Origin: an uncultured Succinivibrio sp.
GTDB lineage: Bacteria; Pseudomonadota; Gammaproteobacteria; Enterobacterales; Succinivibrionaceae
Length of the DNA: 64,000 nucleotides
Reading direction: 5' to 3'
NCBI GenBank assembly: GCA_900754255.1
Contig: CAAECI010000094.1
Coordinates: 365 to 64,364 of the forward strand
The position numbers were made by a program, and so were the translations under genes. Positions 32,505 through 41,957 of the stretch are shown one piece after another (position 1 is the first letter of the stretch; every line of letters begins with the position of its first letter). Below the pieces are notes generated by a model that was not told where the DNA came from, did not search any database, and worked only from the letters and a program-made list of their open reading frames with translations.

Positions 32505-32557
32505 TCAAAAAAAATGCTTCTGCCGTTTTATTACCAGCAGAAGCATTATCCGTGCCA
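32505..32557 (-). promoter_or_regulatory. composite element: cheR rho-independent terminator overlapping a sigma54 promoter for flgB
   Basis: Minus strand AATGCTTCTGC-loop-GCAGAAGCATT plus U8. TGGCAC-GGATA-ATGCT sits on the 5' arm of the same hairpin. Confidence 0.5.
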
Positions 32558-32573
32558 CCTAAGAGCGAGGCTT

Positions 32574-33935
32574 TTAGGAGCGCAATTTATAAATGATGCC
32601 GGGGTTGCAACGCAGCATTTCGAATTTCTCGGCAACACCGCTTACGGTCTCGGTAGAGCCCAAAATAAGGTAACCGCCAGGATTTAGACAGGAAACGAAT
32701 TTCTTTAGGATCTGGCACTTCACGTCATTGTTGAAATAAATGAGCACGTTGCGACAGAAGATCACGTCAAAGCGTCCCATCAGCGCAAAGGATCCGAGCA
32801 AATTAAGCGGCCTGAACTCCACCATGCGGGAAAGACGCGGGTCAATACGCATAAGAGCCGGATTATGCGTGGGCTTGAAGAATTTGGCCCGGCGCTCGGC
32901 ACTTAAGCCACGGGAGAGGGCATGTGCATCATACAGTCCCTCACGACAGCGCTGCAGCATTTCGGTGGATAAATCGGTACCTATGATCTGAACCAAGGAC
33001 GGATCGATATGTACCATGCGTCCCATCATTTCCTGAATGGTGATGGCGATGGAATAAGGCTCCTGTCCCGATGAGCAGGCCGCCGACCATATTCTGACCT
33101 GACGATCGGTTCCGCGCATAACCAGATCGGGAATGATGATGTTCTGCAACGCCAGATAAGGATAGGTATCACGGAACCACAAGGTTTCATTGGTGGTCAT
33201 AGCATCGACCACATCATCGATAAGTCTTTGATTCTTACCGTCAAAAACCTGAGCAAGTAGCCTGTCGATACTGTCGCAACGATAACGGGCCAAAAGTCCC
33301 GTAAGACGAGAGGACACCAAATATTGCTTGCCATTGCCCAATACAATACCGGTTTTTTCCTGTAAATAGGCGGCAAAGCGATGATATTGCATGTCCGTGA
33401 GCGAGCCCTCCGTCGCTGCCGATGTCGAGCGGCGGACAGCGGGAACCACATCCGGATTTCTGGAATATCCGGCACGCACCGAGGCTGAAGCCGAGGCCTT
33501 ATCGGCCGGCAAGCCAATACGGCTTAGACGCTGCTCGGCAGAGGGATCGATGGTTCGTTTAAAGAGAGTTCCGCTATCTCTGTTCTTCTGCTCAGCGGCC
33601 TTGCGGGCCTCCTGCTGAGCCTGCAGTCTGGCCCGAGCCGCCTGCAAACGTTCGTCAAAGGAAGGATCCTTTGTCGATACACCCTTGGTATAGTTATCGG
33701 AGGTTGATGAATAGGATGTGCGTGTCGGGATATTGCGTTCACGACTTAGGCGTGCCGCAGATCCCACACGGGTTACGGGACGCGAAGAGACACTGCTTCC
33801 CTCAGTTGGGCGCGAAGCGGGCCCTGAGGCAGGAGTATCATCAGTATAAGGAGAATTATCCTCATAATAATCTTGCTCGGGCGTCTTGTTCTTGCGTTTA
33901 AAAAAGAAAAACATGCTTCGGATCCTCGCAAACAA
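32574..33935 (-). CDS. cheR: chemotaxis protein methyltransferase CheR with a ~170-aa disordered N-terminal extension
   Basis: C-terminal 280 aa are a canonical CheR (N-terminal helical domain plus SAM-MTase, GxGxG-like CSSGQEPYS). N-terminus is S/T/R/Q-rich with no internal ATG. Confidence 0.8.
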   Translation of the reverse strand: MFARIRSMFFFFKRKNKTPEQDYYEDNSPYTDDTPASGPASRPTEGSSVSSRPVTRVGSAARLSRERNIPTRTSYSSTSDNYTKGVSTKDPSFDERLQAARARLQAQQEARKAAEQKNRDSGTLFKRTIDPSAEQRLSRIGLPADKASASASVRAGYSRNPDVVPAVRRSTSAATEGSLTDMQYHRFAAYLQEKTGIVLGNGKQYLVSSRLTGLLARYRCDSIDRLLAQVFDGKNQRLIDDVVDAMTTNETLWFRDTYPYLALQNIIIPDLVMRGTDRQVRIWSAACSSGQEPYSIAITIQEMMGRMVHIDPSLVQIIGTDLSTEMLQRCREGLYDAHALSRGLSAERRAKFFKPTHNPALMRIDPRLSRMVEFRPLNLLGSFALMGRFDVIFCRNVLIYFNNDVKCQILKKFVSCLNPGGYLILGSTETVSGVAEKFEMLRCNPGIIYKLRS

Positions 33936-34131
33936 ATGCTCCGCGTCTAAGACGGCAATTAAAAGAATCGTTAATCACGGCGTGGTGAAATGTGCTTTTT
34001 TACGATCTCAGCAGGTTATTTTAACGCTTTAAGCCTTTAAAACCGCATTAAAGTGAAAAAACACCTCATAATATATGAGCTTATTGCAAAAAGGGGTACC
34101 CCAAGGCACCCCTTAAGCATCAGTGTCACTA

Positions 34132-35115
34132 TTACTTATCCTTCTGCTTGATAAGATCAAAGCCTGATGCTCCTCCCTCCACCAGCTCTATTCCTTTCTT
34201 TACGGCCGCCCCCAGCTCGCCGGCCTCAAACTTAGGAATAAAGTCGTTAACTCCCACTTTTTTCACCATATTAATGTTGAAAACACCCGAGAGCGAGGAG
34301 TGCATGATCACGTACAGATTTTTCAATGCCTGATCGGCACGTATGCTGGCCGTAAGGGTATAACCGTCCATTTCCGGCATCTCTACGTCGGAAATCACAA
34401 GCTTTACCTTCTGGGTAACGTCACCGGCATTTTGGGCCATCTCACGCAGCATATTCAAAGCCTTGAGACCGTCCATAGCCTCTATAACCTCCACGCCCAG
34501 CTGCTTTAGGGCGGACTTTATCTGCTTACGAGCCACCATGGAATCGTCTGCAACCAATACGGTGGTATGATTGCGTCGGCATTTTTCAGCAAAGGCCTCA
34601 TCCTCGGAAAGCACCTGAGGCTGCAGGCGCACGTCAACAGGAGAGATCTCCTCCAAAATCTTTTCAACATCGATGATCTCGACAAGCTCCTTGTCGATCT
34701 CTGTTACCGAGGTCATATAATTGCTGTGACCTGCGCCCTTGGGAGGAGGGAGGATCTTGGACCAGTTCATATTAAGAATACGCTCGACCCCCGAGACCAA
34801 AAAGCCCTGAGTGGAACGGTTATATTCGGTAATGATGATGAAGGCCTTTTCAGGATCGGCAACTCCGACACCGCCTATGGCCTGAGCTAAATCGATGACT
34901 GAAATGGTTTGTCCGCGAATTCTGGCCACGCCTATTACGTGCCTTTGCAGATGCGGCAACTTGGTCAGATGCGGGCAGGGTAAAACCTCGCGTACCTTAA
35001 AAACGTTGATCCCGTAACGTTGCTTGAGACCGGATAATTTAAAGAGCAAAAGCTCCATGCGATTTTGTCCGACGATTTCCGTCAACTCGTTAACCGAGTC
35101 CATTACTCCAATCAT
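34132..35115 (-). CDS. cheV: chemotaxis protein CheV (CheW-like domain plus receiver domain)
   Basis: N-terminal CheW-like domain; C-terminal REC domain (VLVADDS..., DVEMPEMDG, K). Confidence 0.85.
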   Translation of the reverse strand: MIGVMDSVNELTEIVGQNRMELLLFKLSGLKQRYGINVFKVREVLPCPHLTKLPHLQRHVIGVARIRGQTISVIDLAQAIGGVGVADPEKAFIIITEYNRSTQGFLVSGVERILNMNWSKILPPPKGAGHSNYMTSVTEIDKELVEIIDVEKILEEISPVDVRLQPQVLSEDEAFAEKCRRNHTTVLVADDSMVARKQIKSALKQLGVEVIEAMDGLKALNMLREMAQNAGDVTQKVKLVISDVEMPEMDGYTLTASIRADQALKNLYVIMHSSLSGVFNINMVKKVGVNDFIPKFEAGELGAAVKKGIELVEGGASGFDLIKQKDK

Positions 35116-35639
35116 TGATGGTCCCCTTTATATGTATTACCTCTCCTCATCAACGATAAGGAGCTGTATATAGGATTTCAGTACGCAAATTAAGTGCACG
35201 GATTTTACATCAAATACACTTAAAGTTTTTACGATCCACGCTTTCTTTTCTGATGAAGGCGTGTTTTCAAAAAACATTAACGTTTACCTTTAATACGATA
35301 TTATGTCCGAGATTTGTCTCGGACGCTTGCTTTTGTATCACACCTTTGTTAATTGCGTCGCAAGAAACGCAAATCAAAGCCCCTGAGTGCTAGAATTAAA
35401 GCATGTAAATATGAATTTTCAAGACATCGGATAGGATGCAGACGGCGTTTTACCGCCTTCACTGCTCTTAAGTCATTTTCATGTTTCAGAACACTTAAAA
35501 ATTCACTTCACCTAATTTTTTCGATACCCATCAGGTATCCTAATTGCTGTTGACAGCTGCATCGTGATCCTAGTTGCCGTTATCAAAAGCAGTCAAGGAG
35601 AAATCACACTATTTTTCCACGATAATACAGGAGCACAAC

Positions 35640-36338
35640 GTGAAAAAAAGCCGGCTATTTTTATTATCGTTCCTAATTGCCGTTTGCTTTAATGATCCCG
35701 CACTTGCAAATCAGGAGGACGCTGCTTTTTTAAGAAAAGCAGCCGAGCAATATATGCTCGCGCAGTTTGCAAAAACTCCCGGAATGAAGATAGAAGTCAG
35801 CGCCGGAAATATAGATGAAGGCAAAAATTACGGCGGACGCTGCGAGGGCTATCTTACGGCGCAGCTGCAGGGAAGGCGCATTCAACGTAATAATCAGGTC
35901 AAAATGGTATGCAAAAAGCCGTCCGGAGGTTATACCGTACTGGTTCCCGTTACCGTACGCAAGCTGATCCCTACGCTGACGGCGGTGCAAAATTTACCCA
36001 GGCGTACGGTGCTTGATGAAAGCATGCTCTCGCAAAGCTACGTGGATGCCGATCTCAATTCTGCACAGGCCGTAACTGACATCACATTGCTTGAGGGATC
36101 CCGTCTTAAAAAGGATATAAAAGCAGGAGAGCAGATTAAAAACGGTGATTTTTGTATGGTGTGTCGCGGAGATCCTGTCGCCATAGAGGCCAAAACTGGC
36201 TCCCTGTCGGTAAAAACCTCGGGACAGGCCTTGTCAGACGGCAACTACGGAGATCAGGTACAGGTCAGGAATACCAAAACCCGCAAGCTGGTAAACGGCT
36301 TGGTTACGGCCCCGGGAGTGATCACAGTCCCGCTGTGA
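35640..36338 (+). CDS. flgA: flagellar basal-body P-ring formation chaperone FlgA
   Basis: Signal peptide and C-terminal SAF/FlgA domain (GEQIKNGDF..., GQALSDGNYGDQVQVRN). GTG start at 35640 with an AGGAG RBS; the ORF-track start is an upstream extension. Confidence 0.75.
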   Translation: MKKSRLFLLSFLIAVCFNDPALANQEDAAFLRKAAEQYMLAQFAKTPGMKIEVSAGNIDEGKNYGGRCEGYLTAQLQGRRIQRNNQVKMVCKKPSGGYTVLVPVTVRKLIPTLTAVQNLPRRTVLDESMLSQSYVDADLNSAQAVTDITLLEGSRLKKDIKAGEQIKNGDFCMVCRGDPVAIEAKTGSLSVKTSGQALSDGNYGDQVQVRNTKTRKLVNGLVTAPGVITVPL

Positions 36339-36431
36339 TCCGTGTTTGATAACGGATCGAGAAGACTTACAATAGAAAACGCCTGCGTCACGATTTAAAA
36401 AATTTTTTTCTGAAAAGTTAAAAAAATTATT

Positions 36432-36458
36432 TAAAGAATTTTTAAGAGCTGACGTTAA
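36432..36458 (+). promoter_or_regulatory. possible sigma28 (FliA) promoter for flgM
   Basis: TAAAGAAT-N11-GACGTTAA against consensus TAAAGTTT-N11-GCCGATAA (6/8 and 6/8 matches). Confidence 0.3.
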
Positions 36459-36533
36459 GAAATTAAATGATTAAGAACGTTCCGAATTTTAACTATTAAT
36501 GGAGCGTCAGAGAGAAAAGCCGAGGTGAAAATT

Positions 36534-36851
36534 ATGACGATTGAGATCCTGAACGACCGTAGCATGAGTTCAGTTAAGAATGGTCATGCCGCGGCTTCTT
36601 CAAAAAAGATTTCAAAGGGTGACGAAAAGGTTGCTTCTGCGCCGGTAAAAAGTGACGACGTTAAGCTGACCGATTCTGCCAAAGCCTTTTCTCGTGCCAG
36701 TGCAATTGCCGTATCATCCGACGGTATAGACCAATCAAAGGTCGACAAATTGAAGGCGGCCGTCAGGGACGGGTCTTACAAGGTCGATTATGAGTCGGTT
36801 GCCGCCAAGATGCTTAAGGACGAAAGTGAGCTAAGCGCGATATTCGGCTGA
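36534..36851 (+). CDS. flgM: anti-sigma-28 factor FlgM
   Basis: About 100-aa protein with the FlgM C-terminal helix motif (SAIAVSSDGIDQSKVDKLKAAVRDGSYKVD). ATG at 36534 with a GAGGTG RBS. Confidence 0.8.
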   Translation: MTIEILNDRSMSSVKNGHAAASSKKISKGDEKVASAPVKSDDVKLTDSAKAFSRASAIAVSSDGIDQSKVDKLKAAVRDGSYKVDYESVAAKMLKDESELSAIFG

Positions 36852-36868
36852 TTTGAAACGATAAACAA

Positions 36869-36907
36869 CACCGTCTCAGTGCAGGAGCTGAGGCGGTGTT
36901 TTTTTTT
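36869..36907 (+). terminator. rho-independent terminator after flgM
   Basis: CACCGTCTCAG-TGCAGGAG-CTGAGGCGGTG followed by T9. Confidence 0.8.
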
Positions 36908-37005
36908 GTATGTTCTTCTCAGCACGCGCGCTTAATTACTTATTTTTAATAATAAAAAAAGAACTCATACCCAAAAAAATACGCGCGGGCTAACTCCATG
37001 CTTAC

Positions 37006-38061
37006 TTAAGCGGCAGTGCAGCTTCCTTCTTCATCCTTACCCTTTTTGACGCCGCTCTTTGCTTTCTTAGCCTCACAAAGCTCGTCAGGCTCCAGCAAAG
37101 CGGCCGGAGCCTGACGCCCCATCAAGGCATCGTCATCAGATCCGTTTCCGAATATATCATTACAAATACGCATGACATATTCCCTTTCCTCCTTAGGCAA
37201 ACGCGCGGCAAAAGCAGTCTCCAGGGCCTTGGGCACCGAAAGACTTGCGCAGACGTTAAGCAACGAGGCTACTCTTACCAGAGATCGGGTGGAAAAGGGG
37301 GCAGATAATGAAGCGCGCCCCTGCTCGGGACACGAGGTATGTCTTAGCTCCTGCGCCAAATGCACCAACTTTTCAAATATTTCATCATCAAGCCTTGAGC
37401 AGCGTTTCTTTAGGATCCTAAGCTCTACTCTTTTTTCCGGATAACCGACCTCCACAAAACGCCAGCGATCAAGAAAGGCCTGATTAAGCTGTCTTGTACC
37501 GTTATAAAAGCCCATGGCATCTCCCATTCCCTTGGTATTGGCCGTAGCGATCACGCGGAAGAAAGGAGAAGGCTCAATGATTTCTCCATTGTTTTGAGTG
37601 ATGGTGAGAGCTCTGCCCTCAAGCACGTCATTTAAGGCCGCAAGCTCTCCAGGAGGCATAAGGTCGATCTCATTTAGGATCAGGATCTTCCCAAGATTCA
37701 TGGCCTCTACCAGAGGACCGTATTGATATACGAGTTCACCATGCCTTAGTGTGGCATGCCCCATAAGATCGAAGGCCTCGGTGCGTGAGGAAAGAGTCAA
37801 TTGCACAACCTCCCATCCAAGACGTGCCGCCGTTTGCAAGGCCATCGAGGTCTTACCGCAGCCTGCAGGTCCAGAAAGAAAAAGACAATCCTTTTGAGGA
37901 TAGGCCAAATACAGCAAAAGCTGATTCAATACCGGCAGGTCGAATATATAGTTCTCATCGATGGCGGGGGGATTGGTTATATCATCAGGATCCGGTATCG
38001 TCATACTCTCAAGGCACAAACGTGAGGATGCAAATATTTCTCTCAAATTTACTTCAGCCAT
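37006..38061 (-). CDS. AAA+ ATPase, MoxR/CbbQ/NorQ/CobS-like
   Basis: Walker A (SGPAGCGKTS), Walker B (ILILNEID) and the MoxR-type helix-2 insert region. Strong SD (GGAGG) before the ATG at 38061. 8-nt overlap (ATGGCTGA) with the upstream gene. Confidence 0.7.
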   Translation of the reverse strand: MAEVNLREIFASSRLCLESMTIPDPDDITNPPAIDENYIFDLPVLNQLLLYLAYPQKDCLFLSGPAGCGKTSMALQTAARLGWEVVQLTLSSRTEAFDLMGHATLRHGELVYQYGPLVEAMNLGKILILNEIDLMPPGELAALNDVLEGRALTITQNNGEIIEPSPFFRVIATANTKGMGDAMGFYNGTRQLNQAFLDRWRFVEVGYPEKRVELRILKKRCSRLDDEIFEKLVHLAQELRHTSCPEQGRASLSAPFSTRSLVRVASLLNVCASLSVPKALETAFAARLPKEEREYVMRICNDIFGNGSDDDALMGRQAPAALLEPDELCEAKKAKSGVKKGKDEEGSCTAA

Positions 38062-38437
38062 GCTGTACCTCCGTGAACACCGGATCCGGATCAACGTTTC
38101 TTGCAGGATCAGCTCCGACCTCACATATAGATTGAGCATTAACCTCGGTAATTTCAACGGATGTAAGATCTCGTCCCACAAAACAACGGCGACGCAGCTT
38201 ACCACTTATAAATAAGATCTTGCCCGCATGTATCATATCCATACAGCGACTGGCTAAATTGTTGTTTTGCGCATCTCTGACCGCTACATGAAGACGGGTG
38301 GAGGAAAAAGGACCGTCACCGGGATCGGGTGACGTTACCAGATCAAAAAAGATCATGCGTCCGTTCCTACCCTTATAGTATTTGATCTTAGGATCATCCA
38401 TGACCCTGCCTACCAGCATTACTTGATTGTTCGACAA
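38054..38437 (-). CDS. SSB-like OB-fold protein (no acidic C-terminal tail)
   Basis: N-terminal NQVMLVGRVMDDPKIKYYKGRNG resembles the SSB NKVILVGNLGQDPEVRY segment. TTG start with a perfect AAGGAG SD. Translationally coupled to the AAA+ gene. Confidence 0.5.
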   Translation of the reverse strand: MSNNQVMLVGRVMDDPKIKYYKGRNGRMIFFDLVTSPDPGDGPFSSTRLHVAVRDAQNNNLASRCMDMIHAGKILFISGKLRRRCFVGRDLTSVEITEVNAQSICEVGADPARNVDPDPVFTEVQHG

Positions 38438-38482
38438 GAGAGTTCTCCTTACTTCAAAGAAATTAACTCCCTATATGCTATA

Positions 38483-38521
38483 AAAAGCGCCAAGTCACTC
38501 CCCCCGAAAACCGGCGCTTTT
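38483..38521. terminator. bidirectional terminator at the left island boundary
   Basis: AAAAGCGCC-loop-GGCGCTTTT. Confidence 0.6.
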
Positions 38522-38697
38522 AGCCATTTCTGATTTTTTTCTGGGCTTTTTAATAGTAAATAATTGCTTGTATAAACCATAGTCAACGCTCGCTTAATAT
38601 GGCATGACGGTCGACCTCGGCTTGTTTGTCTTTTCCTTGGTACAAAAACCTCAATAAAATGCGATCAAGACATAATGGAGTGACACGCAATATTCAG

Positions 38698-39903
38698 CTA
38701 TTTAAATCTTATTTGCAAATTCAAATTAAGATAGAATTTGTTGTTTTCGCAGTAGATAGTCATGAACTTATGCCTTTTCGCAGACGGACTTTCAAAACAC
38801 AAGTTTTCGTAAAGGTATTGTTTGAACTCCTCGGTCATACACGAATGTACTGCAACGATTTCGCCGTCATCCTTAACTACCACATATCCGCCGTTTACAG
38901 AAACTTTTCCGTTCCAAGGTTTACTCATACGCATGCCTGTAAACATATCAAACAGCAGATTTGAGATTTTTTTCTCATAAATGTATAAACAGTTGCTAAT
39001 CCCATAATCTGCATTTTCTGCGTCATGCTCAGAAACATATTCACAAGCTTCTTTAACCGAACTGTGTTCTTTCTTTGCCGAAGAATTAAAATAATAATAT
39101 TTAAGCAATGCTGCTGTAATACCTGGCAACTCCTTTCCGCCTGAGGTTATCAAATTTAACGCTGTGAATTCTCCGCAAGTTTTTTCAAAACGCAGATCGC
39201 AATTACTTTCTTTCAATAAATTCATTCGTTTACTGAACGAGGTAGATTTTTTTCCAGAGGAATCTGTATCCCACAAACAATTAAATGCTTCCATGATTTG
39301 TGCGTTACAGCCGATCACTTCGTACTGGAAATTCGTATTGTCGGCACTGGCATTAAAGAGCGTAGCCTTACCGGTTGGAAAGCTGGTTTTTATAGAATAA
39401 GCAAGCAGAGATTCCACACCTGTACGATAATCGGAAGCAAGAAAGTTGATGTCCGGCGTTCCACCGAAAAAACTCTTAGTCCCTTGTTGAGCAGGAGCCT
39501 TCAATTTCGTTACTTTTAGTTTGATTGCCAGAAACTTGCTGACATTACGGTCCTCAATACCCTCTTTGGGTTTTGCATTTTTGATCAAATCCCAGACTTT
39601 TTTTGCACACTTCTGAACGTCTTCAGACGAGACAAAACCGATGTCCAACTTTTCGTTTTCCGTTTTGTCCCAAACCGTATATGTGATATTTCTTGTTTTT
39701 TTATCTTCGTTATTGTGAGACGGTTCGTATTCAATCAGACGATTAGGAATTTCCTCTCGTAGAATTTTAAGAATGTTTAGATAAACTGCTTTATTAAGTT
39801 GCATCCCACTGTCCGCTGCGTACAGTTTTCCTTCATTCAAAATTTTTAAAAATACATATATTTCAGCCCATTCTCCGCGGTTTCCCGTTGTTATTTCCGT
39901 CAT
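38698..39903 (-). CDS. type II restriction endonuclease (HpaII-family-like), partner of the m5C MTase
   Basis: 4-bp overlap (ATGA) with the upstream MTase gene. N-terminal GEWAEIYVFLKIL...GKLYAAD resembles what I recall of the HpaII-type REase family (from memory, unverified). Confidence 0.5.
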   Translation of the reverse strand: MTEITTGNRGEWAEIYVFLKILNEGKLYAADSGMQLNKAVYLNILKILREEIPNRLIEYEPSHNNEDKKTRNITYTVWDKTENEKLDIGFVSSEDVQKCAKKVWDLIKNAKPKEGIEDRNVSKFLAIKLKVTKLKAPAQQGTKSFFGGTPDINFLASDYRTGVESLLAYSIKTSFPTGKATLFNASADNTNFQYEVIGCNAQIMEAFNCLWDTDSSGKKSTSFSKRMNLLKESNCDLRFEKTCGEFTALNLITSGGKELPGITAALLKYYYFNSSAKKEHSSVKEACEYVSEHDAENADYGISNCLYIYEKKISNLLFDMFTGMRMSKPWNGKVSVNGGYVVVKDDGEIVAVHSCMTEEFKQYLYENLCFESPSAKRHKFMTIYCENNKFYLNLNLQIRFK

Positions 39904-41003
39904 TTTAGAATCATCCTTATTTGATTAGCGATCGCCTCAATTACGGGAACCGTAACGCTGTTTCCGAATTGTTTATATAGGTGAGTATCAGCTAACACCA
40001 ATTTAAAATCATCGGGAAAGCCTTGCAGTCTGGCCCATTCTCTTGGAGTCATTTTTCTAATATCTTCCTTATTTATTACACCCTTAATGTGCGTAACCGG
40101 TGTCATGCTGTGCTCACGGTGATCTATAATCAAATTTCGTTCTCTTCCCATTCCGCCGCATACGATGGCTGAAGCTATTCCGTTCATATCTTTGATTTCG
40201 TAGCCGAATCCATGACCAAGAGCCTCGTGTCTGGCTTTATGACGCTTCAATGTCTCAACGTAAACATCTGAGAGGTAGTATTTTGAGGAAACCGGAGCTT
40301 TTTCCAGAATATCACTGATGCATGCTCTAATTCCGGTAGGAGTCGGAAATTTAAAAGAGGACGAATCCAAATCATCTCTGAAGGCGACTATATAAATTCG
40401 CTCCCTATTTTGCGGCACACCAAAGTCTTTACTATTCAGAACCTGAGAATAGACCCTGTACCCGATCTGTTCAAATGCCCCCCTGATAACTTTAAAAGTT
40501 CTGCCGCGGTCGTGTATAACCAGTCCCTTTACGTTTTCGCAAAAAATAACCTTTGGCTTGTGTTTGTCACAAATACGCACCACATCTTGAAACAAAGTAC
40601 CGCGGCACAATCCTTTGTAGTCGTCATTGAACCCCATACGCTTTCCTGCTAAAGAAAACGCCTGACACGGGAAACCAGCCAAACATATATCAAAGTCAGG
40701 AACGTCTTTTTCAGATATTTTTGTTATATCTCCACTGATCTCGAAAGGATCGTGAAAATTTGCGGTATAGGTTTTCTGTGCATATTTGTCCCATTCACTG
40801 ACAAATACAGTCTCTATGCTGTTGTTAAATGCTCTGTCGAAACCTATTCTGATCCCACCAATTCCAGCGAAGAGATCAACTGAACGAAAATTTTTTAATG
40901 AACTCACTGGTTTTAGACTCGTAAATAAAATGTGATATTGTACTTCTCTATATTGCCGTTTTCGGTATTTCAATAAACGATTCGTCCGAACGAAGCCATG
41001 CAT
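39900..41003 (-). CDS. DNA (cytosine-5)-methyltransferase
   Basis: Motifs I (DLFAGIGG), IV (GFPCQAFSLAGKR), VI (ENVKGL), VIII (QNRERIYIV), X (GNSVTVPV). Confidence 0.9.
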   Translation of the reverse strand: MHGFVRTNRLLKYRKRQYREVQYHILFTSLKPVSSLKNFRSVDLFAGIGGIRIGFDRAFNNSIETVFVSEWDKYAQKTYTANFHDPFEISGDITKISEKDVPDFDICLAGFPCQAFSLAGKRMGFNDDYKGLCRGTLFQDVVRICDKHKPKVIFCENVKGLVIHDRGRTFKVIRGAFEQIGYRVYSQVLNSKDFGVPQNRERIYIVAFRDDLDSSSFKFPTPTGIRACISDILEKAPVSSKYYLSDVYVETLKRHKARHEALGHGFGYEIKDMNGIASAIVCGGMGRERNLIIDHREHSMTPVTHIKGVINKEDIRKMTPREWARLQGFPDDFKLVLADTHLYKQFGNSVTVPVIEAIANQIRMILK

Positions 41004-41400
41004 TTAAAATGTCAACTGTCTTCTCTCTTTTAGATTTATTTGTCAACATGCAGGTCCAAACGACGGCAATTCTTAAACCGAGAGATAACAGTTGTCCTAT
41101 GACTTGAGCATCTCTCTTCTTATTTTTTTCTATTTTATCAATCCAAAAACCTCGATTTGTAGAAGGTAGCGAGGATTTTAAGCAATTTGCATGACCGTGC
41201 CAAAAGCATCCGTTTACCATCACGACGGCGTTGTATTTTTTAAAAAATAAATCGGGCGTACCTGGGAGACTTTTTACACAAGTCCGATAGCGATATCCCA
41301 TAGAAAACAACTTTTTTCTTATAAACATTTCAGGACCAGTATTTTTGGATCGAATGAGAGACATGTTCCTGCTTCTTTCTTTCTGATTTTTTGTATCCAT
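40948..41400 (-). CDS. vsr: very-short-patch repair endonuclease Vsr
   Basis: Vsr motifs (SLIRSKNTGPE, PGTPDL, NGCFWHGH, FW..K...N..RD). Overlaps the 5' end of the MTase gene. Confidence 0.85.
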   Translation of the reverse strand: MDTKNQKERSRNMSLIRSKNTGPEMFIRKKLFSMGYRYRTCVKSLPGTPDLFFKKYNAVVMVNGCFWHGHANCLKSSLPSTNRGFWIDKIEKNKKRDAQVIGQLLSLGLRIAVVWTCMLTNKSKREKTVDILNAWLRSDESFIEIPKTAI

Positions 41401-41698
41401 CTTTTCAATCCTCGATAAGTATAAGGTATGGATTTCCCTTCCCAAACCGAACCATGCGATTATACGTTTTGTATAACGCCTTTCTTAATTATTTCAAGAC
41501 AATCACATCAAGTACCGCAGACTGAACTTACGATTTATTAAAGACTTAATTCTTTACCTATATTTTCAAAATATCGCAAGCTTACTAAAAGTAAGTATAG
41601 TCAATATTTTAGCTATACTCAAAATATTGATAATATTTTTAAAATATTTATAATATATAAAGAATATTAATTTACACTTCTTTACAACACAAGGAATA

Positions 41699-41935
41699 GT
41701 GCAGATGAACGATACAGAATCCAAAAGAGAAAAATTTGTGAGGTTGGCTGAAGCAAGAACCAATAAGATTATTGATATGCTCAAGCTTTTAGGCAATTGC
41801 AGTAACTCAAATATATATGAGTACACGAAGGCGGATGTGGATAAAATTTTTTCAGCCATAGAAGCGGCAGTAAAATCTGCCAAACAGGGATATCTGATCA
41901 AAACAAACAATGAAGATGAAAGGTTCAAACTGTAA
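41699..41935 (+). CDS. small helical protein of unknown function (leader of the GHKL operon)
   Basis: 78-aa ORF directly upstream of the GHKL ATPase gene. Confidence 0.4.
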   Translation: MQMNDTESKREKFVRLAEARTNKIIDMLKLLGNCSNSNIYEYTKADVDKIFSAIEAAVKSAKQGYLIKTNNEDERFKL

Positions 41936-41957
41936 ATTAACTACAGGACGGTGCAGT

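Noticed and set aside
41566-41928. 120-aa minus-strand ORF in the island
   Set aside because: Antisense to the better-supported 41699..41935 ORF and the GHKL operon leader. AT-rich, hydrophobic nonsense typical of reverse-frame translation.
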